A DNA stretch of 63,324 bases, counting the filler, from Octopus bimaculoides (Eukaryota), in the NCBI RefSeq assembly GCF_001194135.2. It is 7 parts of 6 records of this genome, joined end to end, with 100 filler letters (N's around TTAATTAATTAA, not from the genome) between each part and the next. Parts side by side here need not be neighbours in the genome. Positions count along the whole stretch, not along the records: positions 60,598 to 63,324 come from NC_069005.1; 6 more parts are not named here. One strand, written 5' to 3'. A program made the position numbers and the translations under genes. Each line of letters opens with the position of its first letter. The first letter of the stretch is position 1. Below the pieces are notes generated by a model. That model had not been told where the DNA came from and ran no database searches. It saw nothing but the letters and a program-made list of their open reading frames with translations. This document shows, piece by piece, positions 62,891-63,324 of this stretch.

Positions 62891-63324
62891 ACAAATCAAA
62901 TCTTCAGCGACCGATGTTCAGCAAACAAATTGCAGCAACATTTTTACTCGGAAAGAGAACGAGAGAGAGAAATTAAGAGACAGATATACAAATATATATA
63001 TATATAAATTATAGGGTAGCAAAAAAAATTTTTTAGAAATTTTATTTACCACCAGTTGTCTAGCGAGAGTAAAAAACAGTCAATAGACTATGTATTATTC
63101 ATTTAAAATATAGAGATGCCTATAATAGGACATCTAACCCGCTAGAAAGAGCAGCAAAAGACTACATACCACAAAAATAGTGATAATTTCGAAAGGGAAT
63201 GAAAAATAAAAACATTTACCAATCTATATTCTGTAACATGGTTTCAAGTCAATTTTAGTAAGATAAAAATGATATATCTTACAATGGTCGGACTATCATC
63301 GGCAGAATGACCAGGTAAATAAAA

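Overview
Eukaryotic, AT-rich, microsatellite-dense draft-assembly sequence with about 6 kb (about 10%) of N gaps. The repeat families and microsatellite load point to a coleoid cephalopod, probably Octopus (inference). There are no prokaryotic genes, CRISPR arrays or rRNA, and most ORFs in the track are microsatellite or N artefacts. The window is dominated by transposable-element debris: four tRNA-derived SINE families, L1/Tx1-clade LINE pieces (three loci), three stacked R4/Dong-clade 3' ends, Penelope-like RT relics, a hammerhead-like motif, mariner and maT relics, two copies of a Merlin-type MITE (GG-ended TIRs, 8-bp TSDs) carrying telomeric repeats, and several foldback hairpins. One candidate spliced gene can be built on the + strand (about 43.8-50.6 kb). 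Five phase-compatible exons, including a 16-nt micro-exon, encode a small single-pass membrane protein that I cannot assign to a family. All protein-family assignments come from motif recognition by eye; no database search was run.
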